From Octopus sinensis (lineage: Eukaryota), in NCBI RefSeq assembly GCF_006345805.1, contig NC_043025.1:7254001-7318000 (forward strand): a DNA stretch of 64,000 nt. Direction: 5' to 3'. Below, in pieces: positions 39,598-51,300 of the stretch. A program made the translations under genes and the position numbers. The notes under the pieces were generated by a model. That model was not told the DNA's origin, ran no database searches, and saw nothing but the letters and a program-made list of their open reading frames with translations. Every line of letters starts with the position of its first letter. The first letter of the stretch is position 1.

Positions 39598-39930
39598 GGT
39601 TAACGTAATATCTTGGGCGATTCCAGAAGTAGTGGTTGGCATAACTTCATGGTTTCGTATTACTCCGGGATGAATTGATGGCAGTGAACTTACCTGTAGT
39701 CAGCGGCTCAGCCTGATCAGAGCACACCTGTGATCTCCAAGCTGAATACACAATCAAGTAACGTTATTCAAGAGACCCTTCCGAGGGATCCCATTTTGGC
39801 AAGTTGGATCTGCGATCGTACTCTTTCGGTCCACTACCTAATATTCATGGCCATAGACTTGAAAACCGAATTCAAGAAAGTGAGAGCAGCATTTTTACCA
39901 TTCTCTCCTTTTCTGACGATCAAACGCTTA

Positions 39931-40524
39931 GGATCTTTTCCTTTTAAACGGCAGACAATTTCTAGTTAACTAAACACTCTAAATCTTGGTATACTGGTAG
40001 AATGTGTCAAAATAAAACATTTTTTTTCTCTTGGCTTTCTTGAGAAAATTGTAATTTGTTTGTTTAACGTAGTTTAATTTTTCAATTTTAACCAATGAAT
40101 CGCCTCTAATTGAGCTAAAATCATTTGCTGCGTCTAAAACTGAGACATCCTATAACTAACCTTAATCCTCCCCTTAACCCTAACCCTAAATTTTTTTTTC
40201 CTTAATTGTTAAATTAATTTGATTGTTACACGTGTAAAAAAAATTATAGAATTATTTTGTTTGTTAATTGTTTAAATTATTTTCCATTGCTTTAGTTTTT
40301 TTTACACGCGTAAAATGATTTTAGTTGAATGGAGGTAATCGATTGGTTAAAATTGCCGAAATGCTCGGATTTTCAGACGAAATATCTTACAATCTATAGA
40401 ATTTACTCAATAAAACCAAGAGAAAATGATGTTTTATAAACACATTCTACCAGTATACGAAGCTTAAAACTTTTTAGTTACCTAGAAATTATGTTACAAA
40501 CTGCCGTTCAAAAGGAAAAGATTC
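39931..40524. mobile_element. TIR DNA element of the GGATCTTTTC family with an internal CCCTAA repeat
   Basis: GGATCTTTTCCTTTTAAACGGCAG ... CTGCCGTTCAAAAGGAAAAGATTC. Confidence 0.75.
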
Positions 40525-40577
40525 AATGCTTATGCTGAAGTATTACTGCAATAGCATTTGCGATTCTACCATCCATT

Positions 40578-40667
<90 letters not shown>

Positions 40668-40672
<5 letters not shown>

Positions 40673-40884
40673 AATATATATAGAATCAAAATAAGCAACA
40701 AGAATATCTTCGGTAATTTGGTACGATCGTTTCGTACTACATTATTTTATTAAACATTGTAAGTATTACAACAGTTTTAAAATGTTGAGCAATCATCAGC
40801 CATTTATAGAGGTTTTCCATCAATACATATACTTATTTTCATGTTAATTGATAACATTATAAAGAGGATAGATATATAGACATT

Positions 40885-40918
<34 letters not shown>

Positions 40919-41130
40919 AATAAATATATATATAATCAAAATAAGCAACAAGAATATCTTCGGTAATTTGGTACGATCGTTTCGTACTACATTATTTTAT
41001 TAAACATTGTAAGTATTACAACTGTTTTAAAATGTTGAGCAATCATCAGCCATTTATAGAGGTTTTCCATCAATACATATACTTATTTTCATGTTCATTG
41101 ATAACATTATAAAGAGGATAGATATACAGA
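40668..41130 (-). ncRNA. Tandem pair (250-bp period) of Penelope-like fragments, each with a minimal type I hammerhead motif
   Basis: Minus strand TGG-CTGATGA-...-GAAAC-GATC-GTA-CCA at 40719-40803 and 40969-41053. Confidence 0.55.
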
Positions 41131-41187
41131 GATGTTGATTTTAATGTTAAGAACATTAAGGTGTTAGAATTTATATATATATATAGT

Positions 41188-41958
41188 GAAGGCGCATGGC
41201 TCAGTGGTTAGAGCGTCGGGCTTACGATCATGAGGTTGTGAGTTCGATTCCCAGACTGGGTTGTGTGTTGTGTTTGTAAAGGAACAGGTTGTGTCTTGAC
41301 ACTGTTTGGGTGCAACCAATTTCCTTTCTTTTGTTTCCAGAAACTACCAGTCAGGAACAAGAACGCAACCTTAAAAATATATATATCTCTTTATTTTCTT
41401 ATTTACAAAAGAAAGCACGTTGGTATATTGGTATCCACTTGGTTCGATATAGCAAGGCTGAAGTTTAACATTTGTAAGATAAACCTCACAACAAATTCAG
41501 CAGCAACAGAGCAGGTCAAATCCCAAGCATCTGGGACAGGAGAATAGGCTAATCACACATTTAACACGTCTTCTCTCTTCAATAGCCGTGTCTCAAGTCA
41601 ACGACGCTAACAAGGAACGCGATAGAATTTTCTTCCCCAGTCTCTAGCGCATGTGGATGAAGGAACTTCCTTAGGCCTTTCCAGAAGGTTCCAGCCCCAC
41701 ACACGCACACTAAAGAATGAACATCACTACATGTTGTTGAGCAAGACACTTTATTTCACGTTGCTCCAGTTCACTCAGCTGTAGAAATGAGTTGCGACGT
41801 CACTGGTGCCAAGCTGTATTGGCCCCTTTGCCTTTCCCTTGGATAACATCAGTGGTGTGGAGAGGGGAGGCTGGCATGCTTGCCCGGATTTGTACCTCGG
41901 AGGGTAACTTTGTAGGTGCAATCCCATGGTCATGAATGACCAAAGGGGGTCGCCCATA
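41188..41958 (+). mobile_element. tRNA-derived SINE family D, split by a solo LTR
   Basis: Head GGCGCATGGCTCAGTGGTTAGAGC...GAGTTCGATTCC. The body TTGAGCAAGACACT...CAGCTGTAGAAATGAGT resumes at 41736. Confidence 0.75.
41275..41731 (-). mobile_element. Solo LTR (457 bp), Gypsy-like
   Basis: TGTA...TACA termini, a 4-bp TSD TGTT and AATAAA on the minus strand near 41391. Confidence 0.7.
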
Positions 41959-42444
41959 TATGTATGTATCTGTGTGTGTGTGTGTTTTTAAAGAAAATTT
42001 GGACTGGTCTGTTTGATAGGTTTTTCTTTTAAATTATATAGGCTTTTCATAAAAAAGTTTTTATCTGTGCGTGTGTCTTGTTTCCTTCTTATCCTGATGA
42101 GGGGATCATTGCCATGTTGCACTTTAGTGTAAATGAACTGCGGGGGTGAGCTCCCAAAATGGCCATAGATATATGTGAATGTTGAATTTGACCTGTGAAG
42201 TCTGTTTATTATGAACTTTTGCATGTATTTGTGAAAGGGGAGTAAAAGATTTTTTTCAAGATGTATGTGAATTTCACCTGTGGGAGTCTGTTTACTAATG
42301 AACATTGGAAGTACTTGTGTGAGGGAAGTATAAGACTTTTTTCAAATATTTAAGAAAAATATTTTAATTGTCTGATAAAACTTTTTTAGCCGGTGGACAT
42401 TTATTTTATTTCATTTTATTTTCATCTTTATTTATTTTCATCAT

Positions 42445-42910
42445 CATCATCATCATTTAACGTCCGTTTTCCATGCTAGCATGGGTTGGACGGTTCGACC
42501 GGGGTCCGGTAAGCCATGGAGGCTGCACCAGGCTCCAGTCTGATTTGGCAGTGTTTCTACAGCTGGATGCCCTTCCTAACACCAACCACTCTGTGAGTGT
42601 AGTGGATGTTTTTTTACGTGCCACCTGCACAGGTGCCAGGCGAGGCTGGCAAACAGCCACAATCGGTTGGTGCTTTTACGTGCCACCGACACGGACGCCA
42701 GTCAGGCGACGCTAGTAACTGCCACGCTCAAACGGTGCTTTTACGTGTCACCGGCACGGGTGTCTTAACGAATTTGACTCAACAGGTCTCCTCAAGAACA
42801 GCGGGTCACTCTATGATCCAAGGTTAGCGCAGCAGTCCGTCCTGCGAGCCATGAACTCACTTCATTTGTCGGGTCTTTGAAGTCACAGCATATCTCCAGA
42901 GGTCTCAGTT
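42445..42910 (-). mobile_element. 3' end of an RTE-type LINE (family E): last ORF codons, long repeat-bearing 3'UTR and (GAT)n tail
   Basis: Minus strand RDLWRYAVTSKTRQMK-stop, followed by the UTR motif GGAAGGGCATCCAGCTGTAGAAAC. Confidence 0.75.
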
Positions 42911-43149
42911 TGGCTTTTTGGTAGTTTATGAATTTTTAGTCATTTATATTTAACTTTTTGATAGACTGTTCTATTTGTATTCTATTCGATTATTTATTCT
43001 TACCTTCTGTGATTTTATGAATATGTATTATTTATGTGTTTGAAAACCATAGTGATTTTTATATATGATTAAATGTTTGAGGAGTGGTGTTGTATGTAAA
43101 GTCGTTGACCAACATTTAATGCTTGTTCTATAACCAATGCTTCTTTATA

Positions 43150-43181
<32 letters not shown>

Positions 43182-43182
43182 G

Positions 43183-43734
43183 GCCTCACTGAGGAAATGA
43201 CCAGCGACCGAGACCTTTGGAAATATGCTGTATGTGAGAAGACCAGGCAGGACAAGTGAGCCCAGCCCACTTATGCATGCCTTTCCTCCCTTGGACACAA
43301 AGACCTGTTGAGGCAAGCGAAGTCGATATAGAACCTCATCCGACGACAGGCACCCATGCCAACCCCCTTTGCTTGCGAAGACATGTTGGGGCAAGCGAAA
43401 TTGAAATCGAATTGAACCAGCCAGGATCCCTGGTCTGGTGGTACGTAAAAAGCACTATCCAACTCGTGGCCGATGCCAGCGCCGCCTCGACTGGCTTCTG
43501 TGCCGGTGGCACGTAAAATACACCAATCCGACCGTGGCCGTTGCCAGCCTCGCCTGGCACCTGTAAAAAGCACCCACTACACTCACGGAGTGGTTGGCGT
43601 TAGGAAGGGCGTCCAGCAGTAGAAACACTGCCAGATCAGACTGGAGCCCGGTGCAGCCTTCTGGCTTCCCAGATCCCCGGTCGAACCGTCCAACCCATGC
43701 TAGCATGGAGAACGGACGTTAAACGATGATGATA
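43183..43734 (+). mobile_element. Family E RTE-type 3' end
   Basis: GLTEEMTSDRDLWKYAVCEKTRQDK-stop, then UTR and (GAT)n. Confidence 0.8.
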
Positions 43735-43825
43735 TCACTGCATATCTTTCCCGCCTTAGTTCTAGGGAAATTTACAAGAAAAAAATTCACAGCTTTTCAA
43801 AAAGGTGCCTGGTTTTTTATACTTT

Positions 43826-44070
43826 CACCTCCGCCTTAGCGAAGATGGAGGCATTGTTTTCAGTCATGTTTGTTTGTCCGTGGACAAGATATCTCAAGAA
43901 CAACAGGATGGATTCAGATGAAACTTTCAAGGATGTTTGACCTCATGACTGACACAAACTGATTAGAGTCTGGGATCGATCCAGTACTGGACAAGGATTC
44001 TGGATTATTCTGCTGGTTTTTTTACTTACTTTTTGAGAGCAGTCGGGTTCATTATTGGTATTCTCGTTAG
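43826..44070 (+). mobile_element. Helentron/HINE-like fragment
   Basis: CACCTCCGCC...GTTTGTTTGTCC...GGATGGATTCAGATGAAACTTT resembles widespread non-autonomous Helitron2-type 5' ends. Confidence 0.4.
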
Positions 44071-44074
44071 TGAG

Positions 44075-44425
44075 AGCAGTCAAGTTTGTCGATCAACATC
44101 AATGGAAATTGCAGCTGTGATACCAGTGCCGGTGACAAGTAAGCGAACCATCCGATCGTGGCCGTTGCCAGCCTTACTTGGCCCCCATGCCAGTGGCACG
44201 TAAAAAGCACTATCCGTCCGTGGCCGTTTGCCAACCCCGTCTGGCACCTGTGTGGGTGGCACGTAAAGAGCACCCACTACACTCACTCACGGAGTGGTTG
44301 GCGTTAGGAAGGGCATCCAGCCGTAGAAACACAGCCAGACCAGACTGGAGCCTGGTGCAGCCTTCTGGCTTCCCAGACCCCAGGTAGCTAGCATGGAAAG
44401 CGGACGCTAAATGATGATGATGATG
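44075..44425 (+). mobile_element. Family E 3'UTR copy
   Basis: Same UTR motifs and (GAT)n tail. Confidence 0.8.
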
Positions 44426-44553
44426 ATTCTCATTTTAAAAATCAGCTCTGGCTAATCGTTGACAGGGCATTGGTGTTGCCTTGGCAGAGGTTTGTGCTCT
44501 CTGAGTGCTCTTGTTTATAATAAAATTGTTTAGCTGAAACAATGAGGGCTGAT

Positions 44554-45922
44554 CAGGGGCTGTGGAGTCAAAACAAAAACTTCAACTCCGACACCACTGA
44601 CTCCGAATCCTCTTTATGTAATTAAGTGATTGTGGTCTACATATCTCATAAAGCACATGCATACACTTGTACTTTGAGTAGGCCTATATGTTATAATTGG
44701 TTTATTAAAAAGAATAAAGATATTTATATATTTGTTGTGTAATATTTTTTATGTGAAGTCGTGTGTTGAAACAGATATTGTTATATTTCGGAATGGTCAT
44801 TTTTGCCAGTTTAGCCAATAAAAACACACGCACTATATATTTGGTGTTACTTTGCTTCAGTGTTATTTATTTTTTACATTAATCTTAATCTTATTTCGGC
44901 CAGAGTTCTTTTGTCACACTCCTGTGACCGCATCAGTGGTCCTTTGTTTTCTTCTTACTTATTTGTGTCTCTCCTTAATAACCGTCAGCTATTCAAAATA
45001 GTTAGTAAATCACAGCAAATCACCACATCTTCTGGTCCCTTGTCATTTCCTCAGTGAGGCCCAGCATCCGAAGATCCTACCTAGATGCTTAAAACAATTT
45101 ACTAAAAGAGCCTTGTTGTTAATTAATCTGGTATTCAGAACATTAATTAACAAGAAATTTTCCCCAAGACACCTGATGAAGGCTGGAGGGTATATCAGCC
45201 AAAATGTTGTGTTAACAACAAAGATGAGGACAAATATCCATCAAATGTAAATAATCTCTCTATATATAAACGGCTTTCTTCTTTCTTATTTGTGTGTCTC
45301 TCCTTACTAATGGTCAGAAAGAAGAAAGCAAAGGACCACTGATGAGGTCACAGGAGTGTGACGAAAGAACTCTGGCCGAAATAAGATTAAGATTAATGTA
45401 AAAAATAAATAACACTGAAGCAAAATCATCATCATCATCATCATTTAGCGTCCGTTTTCCATGCTAGCATGGGTTGGACGGTTTAACTGGGGTCTGTGAA
45501 GCCGGAAGGCTTCATCAGGCCCAGTCAGATTTGGCAGTGTTTCTACGGCTGGATGCCCTTCCTAATGCCAACCACTCCGCGAGTGTAGTGGGTGTTTTTT
45601 ATGTGCCACCTGCACAGGTGCCAGACAGAGCTGGCACAACGGCCACGAACGGAGGGTGCTTTTACGTGTCACCGGCACGGGGCCAGGCGGTGCTGGCAAC
45701 GGACACGAACGGATGGTGCTTTTACGTGCCACCGACACGGGGCCTGACACCAAATATATAGTGCGTGTGTTTTTATTGGCTAAACTGGCAAAATGACCAT
45801 TCCGAAATATAACAATAAAGATACTGTGAGTCGGAGTCGGAGTCAGTATAGTTTTACTGACTCCGATTCCGATTCCAGCTACTGTTTAATTGTTTCTGAC
45901 TGACTCTGACTCCACAGCCCTG
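44554..45922. mobile_element. hAT-like MITE containing a Penelope-like inverted repeat that itself contains a family E copy (45426-45747)
   Basis: TIR CAGGG(G)CTGTGGAGTC / GACTCCACAGCCCTG. Inner arms 44773-44955 and 45316-45817 are inverted. Confidence 0.65.
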
Positions 45923-46029
45923 GGGTTCACGACAGAAAGGGCATTCAACCAGAGAAAATCTGACTTAACTAATTCTATCTAACCCAGTCAAGCAGAGAAG
46001 AGTGCTTGTTAAAAACAATTATTCTTTTC

Positions 46030-46567
46030 TTTTACTGTCTTACTGGTGTCAGTCATTTGACTGTGGCCATGCTGGAGCACCACCTTAATGGGGTTTTTTT
46101 TTAACCCCGGACTTATTTTTTGTAAGTGTAGTACTTACTCTCTTTCTCTCTCTTTTATTTGTTTCAGTCATTTGACTGCAGCCATGCTGGAGCACCGCCT
46201 TTAATCGAGCAACTCGACACTGGGACTTATTCTTTTGTAAGCCCAGTACTTATTATATCGGTCTCTTTTGCCAATCCGCTAAGTAACGGGGACATAAACA
46301 CACCAGCATTGGTATCTTTTGCAGAACCGTTAGGTTAAGGGACATAAACACACCAGTTGTCAAGCAATGGAAATGGTGACAGACACAGACATACACACAC
46401 ACACACACACACACATACACATATATATATGATGGGCTTCTTTAAGTTTCCATCTACGAAATCCACTCACAAGGCTTTAGTAGAAGATGCTTGCCCAAGG
46501 TGACATGCAGTGGGACTGAACCCAAAGCCATGTGGTTGGGAAGCAAGCTTCTTACCACACAGCCATG
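46030..46567 (-). mobile_element. SINE A copies just downstream of the DHX37 stop
   Basis: Duplicated tail and diverged head. Confidence 0.75.
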
Positions 46568-46692
46568 CAAACATATACACAAAAAATTAACAAGGAAAAC
46601 AGTTTAGAAATATAAATAAATATATATTTATCTTTTAGTCAATGACTTTTTACATTAAAAATGATCGTTAGTGATGCTAACAAAGGAAGCAA

Positions 46693-46769
46693 TTAGACTG
46701 GTGGCCATAGTTCTTTTACTGCGGCATGTTGTTCCTCAGGTAACCATTTCAAGTATTCTGCTAGAAGAT
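46693..46769 (-). CDS. DHX37: DHX37 terminal coding exon: LLAEYLKWLPEEQHAAVKELWPPV-stop
   Basis: Acceptor ttttctttgtag, 77 nt ending in TAA. Resembles the human C-terminus [23 protein letters not shown]. The five exons total 597 nt and stay in frame. Confidence 0.94.
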
Positions 46770-46813
46770 CTACAAAGAAAACAAATTAAACAAATTGTTA
46801 ATAACTGGGGCTG

Positions 46814-47648
46814 CAGAAGAGAATTAAAGCATTCGAGCTTTGGTGTTGGAGAAGACTTTTACGGATTCCATGGACAGCGAGGCTCACCAATGGAGAAGTT
46901 CTTAAGCAGATCAGGCCGAAAATGTCGCTAGAAGCTAGGATCACCAAGCATAGATTGGCATGTTTCGGTCATGTTATGCGAAGAAAATCCCTGGCGGAGG
47001 ACATCATGCTCGGAATGGTCAGTGGCAAGAGAGGAAGAGGCCGACCAAGAACCCGCTGGCTTGACACCATCAAGAGTGATACCAGAATGGACATGGCCAG
47101 TCTTAAAGAAGCAGCCCAGGATAGAACTGACTGGAGGACACTGATCCAACGAGTGACCGAGAGTCAACTCAGCACATAGATAGATAGATAGATATATGTG
47201 TGTATATATATGTGTGTGTATATATGTGTATATATATATATATATGGACACTAAAGAAAGCTGACCAGAAGAGAATTAATGCATTCGAGCTTTGGTGTTG
47301 GAGAAGACTTTTACGAATTCCATGGACAGTGAGGCTCACCAATGGAGAAGTTCTTAAGCAGATCAGGCCGAAAATGTCGCTAGAAGCTAGGATCACCAAG
47401 CATAGATTGGCATATTTCAGTCATATTATGTGGAGAAAATCCCCGGAGAAGGACATCATGCTCGGAATGGTCAATGGCAAGAGAGGAAGAGGCCGACCAA
47501 GAACCCGCTGGCTTGACACCATCAAGAGTGATATCAGAATGGACATAGCCAATTTGAAAGAAGCGGTCCAGGATAGAACTGACTGGAGGACACTGATCCA
47601 ACGAGTGACCGAGAGTCGACTTCGACTGGGCGGATAGAGAGATAGATA
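46814..47648 (+). mobile_element. Two tandem BovB-like RTE 3' ends (46814-47180 and 47245-47648) in the last DHX37 intron
   Basis: RINAFELWCWRRLLRIPWT...RGRGRPRTRWLD...DRTDWRTLIQRVTESRLRLGG-stop with (AGAT)n tails. Confidence 0.9.
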
Positions 47649-47948
47649 GGGGCTGATATTCAATCTATCCATCCATCTTCTCTTCCCACTATTTCTGAGA
47701 GGGTTGTGGAGGTAGAGTCCTGAGGTACCTCCTACATAGGGTCCTATCAGAAGCAACCATCATTACTCTTTTCCTGCTGGGTCCCTAACCATGACAAACA
47801 GAGACGATGGATATCATCTAACCATGTCTACCCTTAGGTCGAATTCGGCGCAAGTCGGGGAATCCCTGTACTTATATTACACCATATAAACACCAGTGTA
47901 AGTTACACCATAAAATCACAGAATTATGTGATGACAAAAAATACTTAC

Positions 47949-48046
47949 AAGTCTTATTCTTCGACCATTCGTCTGTTAGCGACTTCTTGTCATCGACATC
48001 TGCAGCCAGAAGGCATCTCACTAGTTTCTCTGTTTCTGGTTTTAGC
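47949..48046 (-). CDS. DHX37: DHX37 penultimate coding exon: LKPETEKLVRCLLAADVDDKKSLTDEWSKNKT(Y)
   Basis: Acceptor ttcctggacag, donor gtaagt, 98 nt (phase 2 to 1). Resembles human [33 protein letters not shown]. Confidence 0.93.
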
Positions 48047-48104
48047 CTGTCCAGGAAGAAGCAATAAAGAAATATTAGTCTTTAACATTTAGCCGTTTTA
48101 TTAT

Positions 48105-51100
48105 CCCAATTTCTCCTTAGAATCCCAAAGTTGCTTCATCCTTTTTTGTCCTAATTTCTCCTTAGAAACCCAAATTTGCTTCATCCCTTTTTGTCCTAAT
48201 TTCTCCTTAGAAACCCAAATTCGCTTCATCCCTTTTTGTCCTAATTTCTCTTTAGAAACCCAAAGTAGCTTCATCCCTTTCTTGTCCAAATTTCTGCTTA
48301 GAAACTCAAAGTAACTTCATCCTTTTTTGTCCTAATTTCTCCTTAGAAACCAAAAGTTGCTTCATCCCGCTTTCGTCCTAATTTTTCCTTAGAAACCCAA
48401 AGTAACTTCATCCCTTTTTATCCTAATTTCTCCTTAGAAACCCAAAATAGCTTCATCCCTTTCTTGTCCTAATTTTTCCTTAGAAACCCAAAGTAGCTTC
48501 ATCCTTTTTTGTCCTAATTTCTCCTTAGAACCAAAAGTTGCTTCATCCCTTTTTGTCCTAATTTCTCCTTAGAAACCCAAAGTTGCTTCTTCTTTTTTGT
48601 CCTAATTTCTCTTAGAAAACCAAAAGTTGCTTCATCCTTTTTTGTCCTAATTTCTCCTTAGAAACCCAAATTGCTTCATCCTTTTTTGTCCTAATTTCTC
48701 CTTAGAAACCAAAAGTTGCTTCATCCTTTTTTGTCCTAATTTCTCCTTAGAAACCAAGTTGCTTCTTCCTTTTTTGTCCTAATTTCTCCTTAGAAACCCA
48801 ATTTGCTTCATCCCAATTTCTCCTTAGAAACCCAAAGTTGCTTCATCCTTTTTTGTCCTAATTTCTCCTTAGAAACCCAAATTTGCTTCATCCCTTTTTG
48901 TCCTAATTTCTCCTTAGAACCAAAAGTTGCTTCATCCCTTTTTGTCCTAATTTCTCCTAGAAACCCAAAGTTGCTTCATCCTTTTTTTCCTAATTTCTCC
49001 TTAGAAACCCAAAGTAACTTCATCCTTTTTATCCTAATTTCTCTTAGAAACCCAAATTGCTTCATCCCTTTTTGTCCTAATTTCCCTTAGAAACCCAAAG
49101 TAACTTCATCCCTTTTTATCCTAATTTCTCCTAGAAACCAAAAGTTGCTTCATCCCTTTTTGTCCTAATTTCTCCTTAGAAACCCAAAGTAACTTCATCC
49201 CTTTTTATCCTAATTTCTCCTTAGAAACCAAAAGTTGCTTCATCCCTTTTTGTCCTAATTTCTCCTTAGAAACCCAAAGTTGCTTCATCCTTTTTTGTCC
49301 TAATTTCTCCTTAGAAACCCAAATTTGCTTCATCCCTTTTTGTCCTAATTTCTCCTTAGAAACCAAAAGTTGCTTCATCCCTTTTTGTCCTAATTTCTCC
49401 TTAGAAACCCAAAGTTGCTTCTTCCTATTTTGTCCTAATTTCTCCTTAGAAACCCAAAGTAACTTCATCCCTTTTTATCCTAATTTCTCCTTAGAAACCC
49501 AAAATAGCTTCATCCCTTTCTTGTCCTAATTTCTCCTTAGAAACCCAAAGTAACTTCATCCCTTTTTATCCTAATTTCTCCTTAGAAACCAAAAGTTGCT
49601 TCATCCCTTTTTGTCCTAATTTCTCCTTAGAAACCCAAAGTTGCTTCTTCCTTTTTTGTCCTAATTTCTCCTTAGAAACCCAAATTTGCTTCATCCATTT
49701 TTATCCTAATTTCTCCTTAGAAACCCAAAGTTGCTTCATCCTTTTTTGTCCTAATTTCTCCTTAGAAACCCAAATTTGCTTCATCCCTTTTTGTCCCAAT
49801 TTCTCCTTAGAAACCAAAAGTTGCTTCATCCCTTTTTGTCCTAATTTCTCCTTAGAAACCCAAAGTTGCTTCTTCCTATTTTGTCCTAATTTCTCCTTAG
49901 AAACCCAAAGTAACTTCATCCCTTTTTATCCTAATTTCTCCTTAGAAACCAAAATAGCTTCATCCCTTTCTTGTCCTAATTTCTCCTTAGAAACCCAAAG
50001 TAACTTCATCCCTTTTTATCCTAATTTCTCCTTAGAAACCAAAAGTTGCTTCATCCCTTTTTGTCCTAATTTCTCCTTAGAAACCCAAAGTAACTTCATC
50101 CCTTTTTATCCTAATTTCTCCTTAGAAACCAAAAGTTGCTTCATCCCTTTTTGTCCTAATTTCTCCTTAGAAACCCAAATTTGCTTCATCCATTTTTATC
50201 CTAATTTCTCCTTAGAAACCCAAAGTTGCTTCATCCTTTTTTGTCCTAATTTCTCCTTAGAAACCCAAATTTGCTTCATCCCTTTTTGTCCTAATTTCTT
50301 CTTAGAAACCAAAAGTTGCTTCATCCCTTTTTGTCCTAATTTCTCCTTAGAAACCCAAAGTTGCTTCTTCCTATTTTGTCCTAATTTCTCCTTAGAAACC
50401 CAAAGTAACTTCATCCCTTTTTATCCTAATTTCTCCTTAGAAACCCAAAATAGCTTCATCCCTTTCTTGTCCTAATTTCTCCTTAGAAACCCAAAGTAAC
50501 TTCATCCCTTTTTATCCTAATTTCTCCTTAGAAACCAAAAGTTGCTTAATCCCTTTTTGTCCTAATTTCTCCTTAGAAACCCAAAGTTGCTTCATCCTTT
50601 TTTGTCCTAATTTCTCCTTAGAAACCCAAATTTGCTTCATCCCTTTTTGTCCTAATTTCTCCTTAGAAACCCAAACTTGCTTCATCCTTTTTTGTCCTAA
50701 TTTCTCCTTAGAAACCCAAATTTGCTTCATCCCTTTTTGTCCTAATTCCTCCTTAGAAACCAAAAGTTGCTTCATCCCTTTTTGTCCTAATTTCTCCTTA
50801 GAAACCCAAATTTGCTTCATCCCTTTTTGTCCTAATTTCTCCTTAGAAACCCAAAGTTGCTTCATCCTTTTTTGTCCTAATTTCTCCTTAGAAACCCAAA
50901 TTTGCTTCATCCCTTTTTGTCCTAATTTCTCCTTAGAAACCCAAAGTTGCTTCATCCCTTTTTGTCCTAATTTCTCCTTAGAAACCCAAAGTTGCTTCTT
51001 CCTTTTTTGTCCTAATTTCTCCTTAGAAACCCAGAGTAACTTCATCCCTTTTTATCCTAATTTCTCCTTAGAAACCCAAAATAGCTTCATCCCTTTCTCC

Positions 51101-51202
51101 TAATTTTTCCTTAGAAACTTAAAGTAGCTTCATCCTTTTTTGTCCTAATTTCTCCATAGAAACCCAAAGCTGCTTCATCCCTTTTTGTCCTAATTTCTCC
51201 TT
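48105..51202. repeat. 45-bp minisatellite, about 69 units, inside a DHX37 intron
   Basis: Unit CCTAATTTCTCCTTAGAAACCCAAAGTTGCTTCATCCCTTTTTGT; 15-aa periodic ORFs. Confidence 0.97.
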
Positions 51203-51300
51203 CTTCACAGCCATTTATACTAAGTGGTTTCTCGCCTTGTTTGGGACTTTCTTATAAACAAAAAACAAAAAAAAACCCACAATAACAGCATTCTTCTTAC

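Noticed and set aside
45302-45385. CTGATGA...GAAA hammerhead-like core
   Set aside because: Stem II can form, but I could not place a UH cleavage site in register with stems I and III for type I or type III.
48101-51045. Periodic MKQLWVSKEKLGQKG ORFs
   Set aside because: The 45-bp unit is a multiple of three. It lies inside a DHX37 intron whose flanking exons join in frame without it.
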